IMG/VR virus record: IMGVR_UViG_3300027808_000009
Span: 1-64,000 of that record
Strand: one strand, 5' to 3'
Source of the DNA: a virus
Length of the DNA stretch: 64,000 bases
Part shown: one piece after another, positions 38,735 through 47,136 of the stretch
How positions within the stretch are numbered: position 1 is the stretch's first letter
Layout: each line of letters begins with the position of its first letter
The notes under the pieces: model-generated
Databases searched by the model: none
What the model was told of the DNA's origin: nothing
The model's input: only the letters and a program-made list of their open reading frames with translations
Program-made: the position numbers and the translations under genes

Positions 38735-38958
38735 AAAAGATAAAAACAACAGCAACAGAATTAAAAACAAGATGGAGTGGTAAGACACCAACCTTTTGGA
38801 AAAAGGTACAAAGAATTGGTATTATTGCTGGTTCAATTGGAGCAGCTTTAGTTGCAGCACCAATAACGTTACCCGTTGCTATAGTAACAGGAGCAGGATA
38901 TTTAATTGCATTAGGAACAGTAACTGCTGCTCTTTCACAATTAACAGTAGAAAAGTGA
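38731..38958 (+). CDS. holin-like membrane protein
   Basis: RW..KTP.FWKKVQ followed by two hydrophobic segments, upstream of the endolysin. Confidence 0.55.
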   Translation: MKKIKTTATELKTRWSGKTPTFWKKVQRIGIIAGSIGAALVAAPITLPVAIVTGAGYLIALGTVTAALSQLTVEK

Positions 38959-39035
38959 TTTAACTAAGAATTTAATTCTTAGAATAAAAATATTTGCGTA
39001 TATTATATGTATATATATTTATTAAAATTTAAAAC

Positions 39036-39350
39036 ATGGATTCAATACTTACAGTTTCATTATTTGTTATTAGTTTAGTAATAGCAATAATTGGTTATTT
39101 TTTAAAAAACACATACAATGATATTAAATCAAGTGTAGATGATTTAAAAGATGACTTTCACAAGCATACTGAAGAACAGGGCAAACTTAAAGGTAAGTTA
39201 GAATTAGTTGAACAAGAACACAGATTAAAGTATCAGTTAATACAAGAGGTAACACAACAAGAGATCAAAAACATGGCATCACAGATAGGAAAACTATCTG
39301 ATACTGTGGGTGAACTTGTGTCCTTTCAAATAAAACAAAACGCTAAATGA
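39036..39350 (+). CDS. membrane-anchored coiled-coil protein (lysis-associated)
   Basis: N-terminal TM (VSLFVISLVIAIIGYFL) plus coiled coil. Confidence 0.6.
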   Translation: MDSILTVSLFVISLVIAIIGYFLKNTYNDIKSSVDDLKDDFHKHTEEQGKLKGKLELVEQEHRLKYQLIQEVTQQEIKNMASQIGKLSDTVGELVSFQIKQNAK

Positions 39351-39838
39351 ATGCTACAGCATTAAAAACAGGAGACATACTACATTGTAGTGGAAAAAAG
39401 TTAATTAGTAGATTAATTAAAAAAGCAACAAAATCTGAATTTAGTCACTCAGCTCTATTTGTAGAAATATGGGGACAACCTTATGTGGTAGATGCACAAA
39501 AAGATGGTGTAAATGTAAGACCGTGGAATGACTGGTTAGAGATGTATGACTATAAAGTTACAGTACATAGATCATCTGACTTAGTTAATGAGAAAACATT
39601 TGCACAAAGAGCCCTTACAAGGGTAGGACATACAGCATATGACTTTGAAGGTTTACTTGTAAGACAACCAATTAAGTTAATACTTGGTGAATGGTTAGAA
39701 ACTGGTGATACAGAAAAGAAAATGTATTGTTCTGAATATGTAGCTTGGGTATATGGCGTAGAAAAAGCATACAAGTTTTCACCTCAAGATCTTTATGAGT
39801 GGTGTAAAACTAATTTCTTTTATGAAATAGTTATATGA
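39347..39838 (+). CDS. permuted papain-like NlpC/P60 amidase (YiiX/YebB-like)
   Basis: LKTGDILH, FSHSALFV (His before Cys), AYDF, and MYCSEYVAWVY. Confidence 0.85.
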   Translation: MNATALKTGDILHCSGKKLISRLIKKATKSEFSHSALFVEIWGQPYVVDAQKDGVNVRPWNDWLEMYDYKVTVHRSSDLVNEKTFAQRALTRVGHTAYDFEGLLVRQPIKLILGEWLETGDTEKKMYCSEYVAWVYGVEKAYKFSPQDLYEWCKTNFFYEIVI

Positions 39839-40107
39839 GTGAATCAAAAATAACTAGTGTACTTGATCTCTTCTTATCAAAATTAAAAGAGCAATCCTTT
39901 ACAATAGTATTAATGCTAGGTGGATTATATTACCAGAATAAAATATATGACACTCAGTTAATTAAAGATGAAGCTGAACTAGCAAAAAAAGATTTAATAA
40001 TAAATGAGTTAATTAATGATCAGATTGAGAGAATGACAATAAGAGAGTCATACTTAATACAACAGAGAGATCATTATGTTGAAGACATAATCACTAATAA
40101 ACAATAA
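39835..40107 (+). CDS. membrane-anchored coiled-coil protein (holin or i-spanin-like)
   Basis: Hydrophobic FTIVLMLGGLYY plus coiled coil, directly before the endolysin. Confidence 0.5.
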   Translation: MSESKITSVLDLFLSKLKEQSFTIVLMLGGLYYQNKIYDTQLIKDEAELAKKDLIINELINDQIERMTIRESYLIQQRDHYVEDIITNKQ

Positions 40108-40108
40108 T

Positions 40109-40705
40109 ATGATTTTAAGTCAAGTTAGAAATGCAGTATTGGCCAAAGGATACAAGTGGTTTGAAGATACAGCAGATAAAGGATATGATGTAAACATTGT
40201 AGGTATCCGTAACTCCTCAACAGGTAAAGTAGTTACTAACTTATTTGATGATACTATTACCATATCTTACAGAGATGAGAATGGTGTATGGCAATTCAAT
40301 GAGTGGAAAAATACTACAGAACCAGGTAAGAAAGGAGTACAACAGTATCATAATGTTAATGGTGTAGCTAGATTAGTTCCAGGACAATATAGAGGAGTTT
40401 ATTCAATTGATTTACATCAAGGTAAATATCAAGCACTATGTCAAAGACTTGGTGCTGTAAAAGTATTCAGAGATACTAATAAAGATCTAGTATATGATGA
40501 AGATAATACTGATACAGGAATGTTTGGTATTAATATACACAAAGCTGGACAAGATTCTACATGGGTAGAAAACTGGTCAGAAGGATGTCAAGTGTTCAAA
40601 AGAGTTAAAGACTTTGATGCATTCATGAAGATCTGCAAAAAAGCAGCTAAGATACATGGTAATCATTTTACCTATACATTAATTGAATCAAAAGATATAG
40701 TATGA
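40109..40705 (+). CDS. putative endolysin with an L,D-transpeptidase-like catalytic motif
   Basis: GINIHKAG...NWSEGCQV (His...S-x-G-C), LVPGQY. Flanked by membrane genes. Confidence 0.7.
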   Translation: MILSQVRNAVLAKGYKWFEDTADKGYDVNIVGIRNSSTGKVVTNLFDDTITISYRDENGVWQFNEWKNTTEPGKKGVQQYHNVNGVARLVPGQYRGVYSIDLHQGKYQALCQRLGAVKVFRDTNKDLVYDEDNTDTGMFGINIHKAGQDSTWVENWSEGCQVFKRVKDFDAFMKICKKAAKIHGNHFTYTLIESKDIV

Positions 40706-40860
40706 AAGTAAGAAATGCATGGAAGATAAAGAATAAACAATGGGACAAAGTCTGTGTAAGATTAAGACTTGGAGCTCTAGATTTATTCACAATTGAGATA
40801 GACGTTAGTAGAACCTTCTACATGTTGACAGTTTTAAACTTTACTATTAAAAATAGATAA
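40702..40860 (+). CDS. 52-aa protein (not in the ORF track)
   Basis: MKVRNAWKIKNKQWDKVCVRLRLGALDLFTIEIDVSRTFYMLTVLNFTIKNR, with an ATGA overlap. Confidence 0.55.
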   Translation: MKVRNAWKIKNKQWDKVCVRLRLGALDLFTIEIDVSRTFYMLTVLNFTIKNR

Positions 40861-40881
40861 CACTTTCCATAATATAGATTT

Positions 40882-40911
40882 AACTCAGGCTTTATAGGTC
40901 TGAGTTTTTTT
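40882..40911 (+). terminator. intrinsic terminator
   Basis: AACTCAG-gctttataggt-CTGAGTT followed by a T run. Confidence 0.7.
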
Positions 40912-40972
40912 GTTTAAATAATTAAAGTTTAAACTTATTTTGTATATTTGTGTAAACATAAATTTATATAAA

Positions 40973-41254
40973 ATGGAAAATGTAAACCAACAAGAGCAAG
41001 AAGTAGAGTTAACAGCAGAAGAATTAGCTGAAAAAAAAGAACAGATGCTTAAATTCTACACAGAATCATTACCTTATTTAAGAGCACAAGCAGAGTATGA
41101 AAAAACATTGTGTGAAATTGATGAAGCAAGATTCAAAAGAACATCAATCCAGTATCAGTATGCTATGATGGAGCAAAACCAACAAGAGCAACCAACAGGT
41201 TCTGATCATGACATTGACAATTCCCCAAACATTCCTGAGCAAGGACAAAAATAA
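40973..41254 (+). CDS. coiled-coil hypothetical protein (likely start 40973)
   Basis: MENVNQQEQE..., downstream of TATATTTG at 40943. Confidence 0.7.
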   Translation: MENVNQQEQEVELTAEELAEKKEQMLKFYTESLPYLRAQAEYEKTLCEIDEARFKRTSIQYQYAMMEQNQQEQPTGSDHDIDNSPNIPEQGQK

Positions 41255-41260
41255 TTAGAT

Positions 41261-41623
41261 ATGGCATTAGTAAATCAAGTACAGAAACGTATTGTGATGC
41301 CAAAATGGGAGATAGTTAAGTTTCAGATTTTAACTCATTGCTATACAAAACGTATAGTAGTGAGTGAATCTGACTTAAACTGTTTAACCTTATTAAGTAT
41401 CACTGGTCCAATGGAATTAACACACTTTTGTTATGATGCATCATCAGATGAACAGTTAATTTTTAAGTCACCACAAACAGTAAGAAATTCTATCAACAAA
41501 GCAATTAAGAATATGCTTGTGATAAAAGAGAATGATGATAAAAAGATCATTAAACTCAACCCTGCATTAATGATACAAACAGAGGGAGATGTATTATTAG
41601 ACTATAAATTTTTAGGAAGATGA
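41261..41623 (+). CDS. hypothetical wHTH-like protein
   Basis: KSPQTVRNSINKAIKNMLVIK pattern. Confidence 0.5.
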   Translation: MALVNQVQKRIVMPKWEIVKFQILTHCYTKRIVVSESDLNCLTLLSITGPMELTHFCYDASSDEQLIFKSPQTVRNSINKAIKNMLVIKENDDKKIIKLNPALMIQTEGDVLLDYKFLGR

Positions 41624-42009
41624 TACCAAGAAAACCTAAAGATCTGTATAAGCAAGTTGCTGAGGATATGAATATATCAGAAACTCTTGTAGATAACTTT
41701 ATGACCTTTTACTATAAAGAAGTTAGAAAGAATCTTACAGAGTTAAAATACTCAAAGATAAACTTAGATGGTTTAGGTGTAATGACTGTAAAGCCAAAAA
41801 CAGTAGAAGGTTTAATTAATAAATATACATGTAGATTTAAAAAATTAAACACTGATACATTTACAAGTTATTTTAATAAAAAAAGAATTGAGACTAAACT
41901 TGACCGTTTAAATTATATTAAGGGTATCTTAGATCAGGAAAAACAATTAAAGGAAAAATTTTTAAAAAGCAAACAAGATGGGAAAGCTGGGAAAGATTTG
42001 GGAGAATAG
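41620..42009 (+). CDS. HU/IHF-like DNA-binding protein
   Basis: KDLYKQVAEDMNISETLVDNFM...INLDGLGVMTVK. IHF-like genes are known near the packaging genes of crAss-like phages. Confidence 0.65.
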   Translation: MIPRKPKDLYKQVAEDMNISETLVDNFMTFYYKEVRKNLTELKYSKINLDGLGVMTVKPKTVEGLINKYTCRFKKLNTDTFTSYFNKKRIETKLDRLNYIKGILDQEKQLKEKFLKSKQDGKAGKDLGE

Positions 42010-42277
42010 AAAGCAAATCATGGAGGGTTTAAAAAACTCTATCATAAGAGATGCCTTTGTAGAAAAGGTAGCAGCAGAAAGACGTGAGGTATGTAATGTA
42101 TGTCCAAGAAAAGATGATGAAGGTACAACCTGTGTTATGAAAGGTACACAACCATGTTGTAATTTATGTGGATGTTCATTATCATTTAAAACAAGATCAT
42201 TATCATCTGAGTGTCCAGACTTAAGATGGCATGCAGTTATCTCAGAAGAAGATGAAGATAAACTTAATACATTATAA
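41978..42277 (+). CDS. Cys-rich Zn-binding protein
   Basis: RREVCNVCP...C...CCNLCGCSL.FKTRSLSSECP. Confidence 0.65.
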   Translation: MGKLGKIWENRKQIMEGLKNSIIRDAFVEKVAAERREVCNVCPRKDDEGTTCVMKGTQPCCNLCGCSLSFKTRSLSSECPDLRWHAVISEEDEDKLNTL

Positions 42278-42279
42278 TT

Positions 42280-42579
42280 ATGGGAGAATGGGTTATAAAT
42301 TCAATTACTGATAATCATATTGGTAGTAATGGTATGGATTTAGGTAGTACAATTACTACTACATCAACTAAATTTGCAATGGGTGGTGGTAATAGTACTC
42401 CACCTTCATATATAGATAGACTTGAGTTAAAAATGTATAAGCAGAGTATACGTATTATTCAACTTGAGAATAAACTAGATTCAGAAGAGTGTGAGAATTT
42501 AAAAAAGATGCTAGAGTCAAATGATGAAGCATCTGTAATATTAGCTAAAGAAATAATTGATAATCTTGAGACAGCATGA
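42280..42579 (+). CDS. hypothetical protein
   Basis: 99-aa ORF. Confidence 0.55.
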   Translation: MGEWVINSITDNHIGSNGMDLGSTITTTSTKFAMGGGNSTPPSYIDRLELKMYKQSIRIIQLENKLDSEECENLKKMLESNDEASVILAKEIIDNLETA

Positions 42580-43382
42580 GTATAGTATTTAAAGCAGATG
42601 ATCATAGTTATACTAGCATTGAAGGTGAAGAACAAATTCAATGGACTAGTGTAACAAGTCTTATATCAAAAATGAAAAAGCATTTTGATAAAGAGGCAGT
42701 AGCTAAAAAGGTTACTAAAAATTCTAAGTCTAAATGGTTTGGATTAGATCCTAAAGCTGTAATACAAATTTGGGATAATGAAGCATTAAGAGCTACAACA
42801 CTTGGTACATACTACCATAATCAGAGAGAGTCTGATCTGTGCAGTCTATCTTCATTAGAAGTTGATGGTGTTATTATTCCTATTGTACCTCCAGTACCTG
42901 AGATTAATAATTTAAAACATGCACCATCTCAAAAACTAGATCCAGGAGTATATCCTGAACATATGGTATTTTTGAAATCAGTAGGGATATGTGGTCAATC
43001 AGATTTGGTAGAAGTAGTAAATGACAAGATAAACATTATAGACTACAAGACTAATAAGAAGATAGATACAGAATCTTATAAAAACTGGGATGGTATTAGT
43101 GATAAACTACAACATCCAGTATCTCATTTAGATGACTGTAACTTTAATCACTATGCATTACAATTAAGTATTTACATGTATATTATGTTAAAGCACAATC
43201 CTAAACTAAAACCAGGAAAGATGTTTATACATCATGTAACATTTGAATTAGAAGGTGAAGATGAGAATGGTTATCCTATTACCAAGTATGATGACGGAGG
43301 TGATCCAGTTATCAAACAAGTAATACCAATGGAGATGCCATATTTAAAAGAAGAAGTAATAGCAATTTTAAAAAATTTATAA
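42576..43382 (+). CDS. PD-(D/E)xK nuclease
   Basis: GT..H, GICGQSDLV, IIDYKT, and HYALQLSIY motifs. Confidence 0.85.
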   Translation: MSIVFKADDHSYTSIEGEEQIQWTSVTSLISKMKKHFDKEAVAKKVTKNSKSKWFGLDPKAVIQIWDNEALRATTLGTYYHNQRESDLCSLSSLEVDGVIIPIVPPVPEINNLKHAPSQKLDPGVYPEHMVFLKSVGICGQSDLVEVVNDKINIIDYKTNKKIDTESYKNWDGISDKLQHPVSHLDDCNFNHYALQLSIYMYIMLKHNPKLKPGKMFIHHVTFELEGEDENGYPITKYDDGGDPVIKQVIPMEMPYLKEEVIAILKNL

Positions 43383-43383
43383 G

Positions 43384-43641
43384 ATGGTACATGTTTGTAA
43401 TGGTGTATTGGAAAATACAAGATTGAATGAGATAACAGGATCAGAGCACTTAGTATTTGTACCTACGTGTATTGATCTAGATTATATAGTTAGTATAAGA
43501 CAATCAGTAAACAATGATAGTGAACCAGAAGAGTATACAGTATTATATACAGATATGGGCACTACTTATTGCATAGATACACCTTATGAAGAATTTCTTG
43601 ATATATTTATAAAATCTAAAGCAGTAAAAAATGTACACTAA
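43384..43641 (+). CDS. hypothetical protein
   Basis: 85-aa ORF. Confidence 0.6.
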   Translation: MVHVCNGVLENTRLNEITGSEHLVFVPTCIDLDYIVSIRQSVNNDSEPEEYTVLYTDMGTTYCIDTPYEEFLDIFIKSKAVKNVH

Positions 43642-44146
43642 ACTATTTGACATTGACAATGGAGTGGTTATACCAACAGAACATTGTTATACTCTAGGTA
43701 CTCTTAAAAATATAATGGATAAATATCCTGATAATTATCTTAAGATATATCAGTATTTATTTTATATGACTTGTCCTAGTCCAGATTCTAATCCATTTTT
43801 TCATACTCCAGAAATAGATAAAGAAGAGATTGTACTACAAGAGATAGAAGCAGATTTTTCAACAGAGGATGAAGCAATCAGAAGAGCAAGAATGTTTTGT
43901 GATGATATGTATAGTACTGCAACATCTAGAGCATATAAAGGTATGGCATCTATGTTAGATAGATTAGCTAGATACATGGAGACTACACCAATTACTGCAG
44001 GTAGAGATGGAAATATAAACTCATTAGTAGCAGCAGCTAAAAACTTTGACCAGATAAGATTATCTTTCAAGGGTGTATATAAAGACTTACAGGATGAGCA
44101 ATCTAGTAAAGTAAGAGGTGGAATTGGTTTATCTTATGATAGTTAA
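43631..44146 (+). CDS. putative terminase small subunit / packaging-associated protein
   Basis: Helical 171-aa protein immediately upstream of TerL. Position-based inference. Confidence 0.45.
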   Translation: MYTKLFDIDNGVVIPTEHCYTLGTLKNIMDKYPDNYLKIYQYLFYMTCPSPDSNPFFHTPEIDKEEIVLQEIEADFSTEDEAIRRARMFCDDMYSTATSRAYKGMASMLDRLARYMETTPITAGRDGNINSLVAAAKNFDQIRLSFKGVYKDLQDEQSSKVRGGIGLSYDS

Positions 44147-44148
44147 TT

Positions 44149-46353
44149 ATGGAAAACATATATACAAATATACCAACCTGGGATAATGGTACATGGACTA
44201 CTACTACATTTGATAGTAGAAAAGATTTTGGTGATTATATAAAGTCAATATTTAAAGAACCTGGTGAGTATGAATTTGATGATAATACTAATACCATATT
44301 TAATTCTGAGTCTACAAGATTCAACAGGGACAAGGTATATTGTGTAGCTCCATTTAAATCTAAGGATTTTATTAAATACTGGGATGACCAGAAAGCTAAA
44401 TGCAGATTAGGTGTAATAGTAAGATCAAAAGATAAGTCTTGGTATCTTACTAGGGATTATTACATGTGGTTAAACTTCTTACCTATCTTTGATAAGGAGG
44501 AGCAAAAGTTTGGATTTGCAAAAATAAGAGATGCTCAATATCACATGGCGTTATATGAAATACTTGCAGAGATAAACTACATGCACGTAGCTATTCTTAA
44601 AAAACGTCAGATAGCATCATCATACTTTCACGCAGGTAAACTTATTAATCAGTTATGGTTTGAAGCAGGGGTTACTCTAAAGATGGGCGCCTCTCTGAAA
44701 GATTATATTAATGAGAAAGGTACATGGAAGTTCTTATCTGAGTACGCAGCATTCTTAAATGAGCACACGGCATGGTATAGACCTATGTCTCCAGACAAGG
44801 TAATGATGTGGCAACAAAAGATTGAGATAAGAAAAGGAGATAGAAAAGCTGAAGTAGGACTTAAAGGTACTATGCAAGGTATGTCATTTGAGAAAGATCC
44901 AACAAATGGTGTTGGGGGTCCGGTTAAGTTCTTCTTTCATGAAGAGGCAGGAATTGCTCCTAAGATGGATACTACATTTGGATATATCAAACCAGCACTT
45001 AAATCAGGTATGATAACTACTGGTTTATTTATAGCAGCAGGATCAGTTGGGGATTTGGATCAATGTGGTCCATTAAAGAAAATGATACTTGATCCTACCA
45101 GTAATGATATCTATCCAGTAGACACTAATCTTATAGATAAGGATGGTACACTTGGTCAGTCAGGTTTATTTATACCTGAGCAATGGTCAATGCCACCTTA
45201 TATTGATGACTATGGTAATTCACTTGTTGAAGAAGCATTAGTAGCATTAGATGAATACTTTGAAGAGATAAAGAGAAACAAGGAAGCTAAAGATTATCAG
45301 CTTGAAGTATCTCAGCATCCAAGAAATATAGAAGAGGCATTTGCATTTAGAAAAGCAGCCAAGTTTCCTCCTCACTTAGTTAATGCACAGATAAGAAGAA
45401 TAGAAGAAAAAGAATATTCATCAGAGCACTTAGATATATCTAGAGATGAGACAGGTAAAGTTAAAGTAAAATCTACAAGTAAATTACCTATATCTGAGTT
45501 TCCTATATCTAAAAAAACAGAAGATAAAACTGGTACACTAGTAGTATGGGAAAGACCAGTACCAGATCCTACATATGGAATGTACTATGCATCAATTGAC
45601 CCGGTTGCAGAGGGTAAGACAACTACCTCAGAATCACTATGTTCCATATATGTAATGAAAGCACCGGTTGAAGTGACTAAGATTACTAATGGTGAACCTG
45701 AGACATTTATAGAAAGAGATAAAATTGTAGCAGCATGGTGCGGAAGATTTGATGATATCAATAAAACACATGAGAGACTAGAACTTATTATTGAATGGTA
45801 TAATGCCTTTACAATTGTAGAGAACAATATCTCACAGTTTATAAATCATATGCTTGCTAGAAAGAAACAAAGATATCTAGTACCAAGAAACCAAATAGTA
45901 TTCTTAAAAGATGTAGGAGCTAATGCTAATGTATTTCAAGAGTATGGATGGAGAAATACTGGTGTACTATTTAAGAATCATATGATCAGTTATACTCAAG
46001 ATTTCTTATCTGAAGAGATAGATCATATACAGAAAGATGATGGTACTACTGTTAAGATACATTATGGGGTAGAAAGGATTCCAGATATTATGTTACTCAA
46101 AGAGATGCAAGCTTATCAAGACGGGCTCAACGTGGATAGACTTGTAGCTTTTGCTGCATTAGTATCTTTCTTGAAGATACAGCAAGCAAATATAGGTTAT
46201 GCTAAGAGAGTTGTTATGGATGATGCAAGTTTAAAATTGGATAAGTCAAAAAATTTGTATAAGATGCAACATTCACCATTCCGTCACATGGGAAGAAGCG
46301 GGTTAGGTGTTAATCAGAAACTAAACAGATCACCTTTTAAAAACTTAAAATAA
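44149..46353 (+). CDS. terL: terminase large subunit
   Basis: ILKKRQIASS ATPase motif, FFHEEAG Walker B, nuclease YASIDPV, and terminal VDRLVAF. Confidence 0.9.
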   Translation: MENIYTNIPTWDNGTWTTTTFDSRKDFGDYIKSIFKEPGEYEFDDNTNTIFNSESTRFNRDKVYCVAPFKSKDFIKYWDDQKAKCRLGVIVRSKDKSWYLTRDYYMWLNFLPIFDKEEQKFGFAKIRDAQYHMALYEILAEINYMHVAILKKRQIASSYFHAGKLINQLWFEAGVTLKMGASLKDYINEKGTWKFLSEYAAFLNEHTAWYRPMSPDKVMMWQQKIEIRKGDRKAEVGLKGTMQGMSFEKDPTNGVGGPVKFFFHEEAGIAPKMDTTFGYIKPALKSGMITTGLFIAAGSVGDLDQCGPLKKMILDPTSNDIYPVDTNLIDKDGTLGQSGLFIPEQWSMPPYIDDYGNSLVEEALVALDEYFEEIKRNKEAKDYQLEVSQHPRNIEEAFAFRKAAKFPPHLVNAQIRRIEEKEYSSEHLDISRDETGKVKVKSTSKLPISEFPISKKTEDKTGTLVVWERPVPDPTYGMYYASIDPVAEGKTTTSESLCSIYVMKAPVEVTKITNGEPETFIERDKIVAAWCGRFDDINKTHERLELIIEWYNAFTIVENNISQFINHMLARKKQRYLVPRNQIVFLKDVGANANVFQEYGWRNTGVLFKNHMISYTQDFLSEEIDHIQKDDGTTVKIHYGVERIPDIMLLKEMQAYQDGLNVDRLVAFAALVSFLKIQQANIGYAKRVVMDDASLKLDKSKNLYKMQHSPFRHMGRSGLGVNQKLNRSPFKNLK

Positions 46354-47135
46354 TGGCTTGTGTATATGAACATATAAGACCAGATACAAATGCTATTTTT
46401 TATATTGGTATTGGTAAAAAAAATAATAGAGCTTATAGTAAATACAATAGAAATACATATTGGAAAAATATTGTAAAAAAGTGTAACAATACATTTAATA
46501 TTAATATTTTACATGATGCTTTATCTTGGGAAGAAGCATGTGAAAAAGAAAAACAATACATTAAACAATATGGAAGAATTGATAACAGTACTGGTATCCT
46601 ATGTAATATGACAGATGGAGGTGAAGGTATTTTAAATTTACAACACACAGATGAAGCAAAATTAAAAATATCAATTGCTGCTAAAAAAAGATATAAAACA
46701 AAGCCACAGTGTAGAAAAGGACAAAGGTTTGTAAACAGGAACAGTAGAAAAGTTGTAATTATGGATTTAAAAACTTATATTATATATAAGTTTAATACAT
46801 TAATAGAAGTATCTTTATTTTTAAATACAACTGCGTCAAGAGTAAGAAGAGCATGTATTGTAGGTAAATCAATAAAGAATCATTATTTAAAATTTGGGAG
46901 TACTTTTAGTAAACAAGATATTGAACAATTAAAAAATAAAAAGATTTATGATTTATCTGTTATGAATATAAATAGGGATTATTCAGTTGTTCAAAAAAAA
47001 GTAATTAATACTGAAACTAATAAAATTTATGAATCAATAGCTGAGGTATCAAGACTCTATGGAATTAGAGCAAATACATTAAGTAGATATCTCAATGGGG
47101 TTTCTAAAAATAAAACAATATTTAAATTAATATAA
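46353..47135 (+). mobile_element. free-standing GIY-YIG homing endonuclease with NUMOD3/NUMOD1-like domains
   Basis: CVYEH...FYIGIG...R, EKQYI, NMTDGGEG, HTDEAKLKIS, and C-terminal KIYESIAEVSRLYGI. More AT-rich than its neighbours. Confidence 0.85.
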
Positions 47136-47136
47136 C

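Larger units (their letters stand above)
24833..40950 (+). promoter_or_regulatory. Bacteroidota sigma70-type -7 elements TATATTTG (24833, 24906, 27323, 32415, 40943)
   Basis: Match the TAnnTTTG consensus and lie in intergenic or leader positions upstream of plus-strand genes. Confidence 0.55.

Noticed and set aside
42576-43382. Cas4 / CRISPR-associated or defence role for the PD-(D/E)xK nuclease
   Set aside because: It lacks the four-Cys Fe-S cluster motif and sits in the conserved packaging neighbourhood typical of crAss-like phages.
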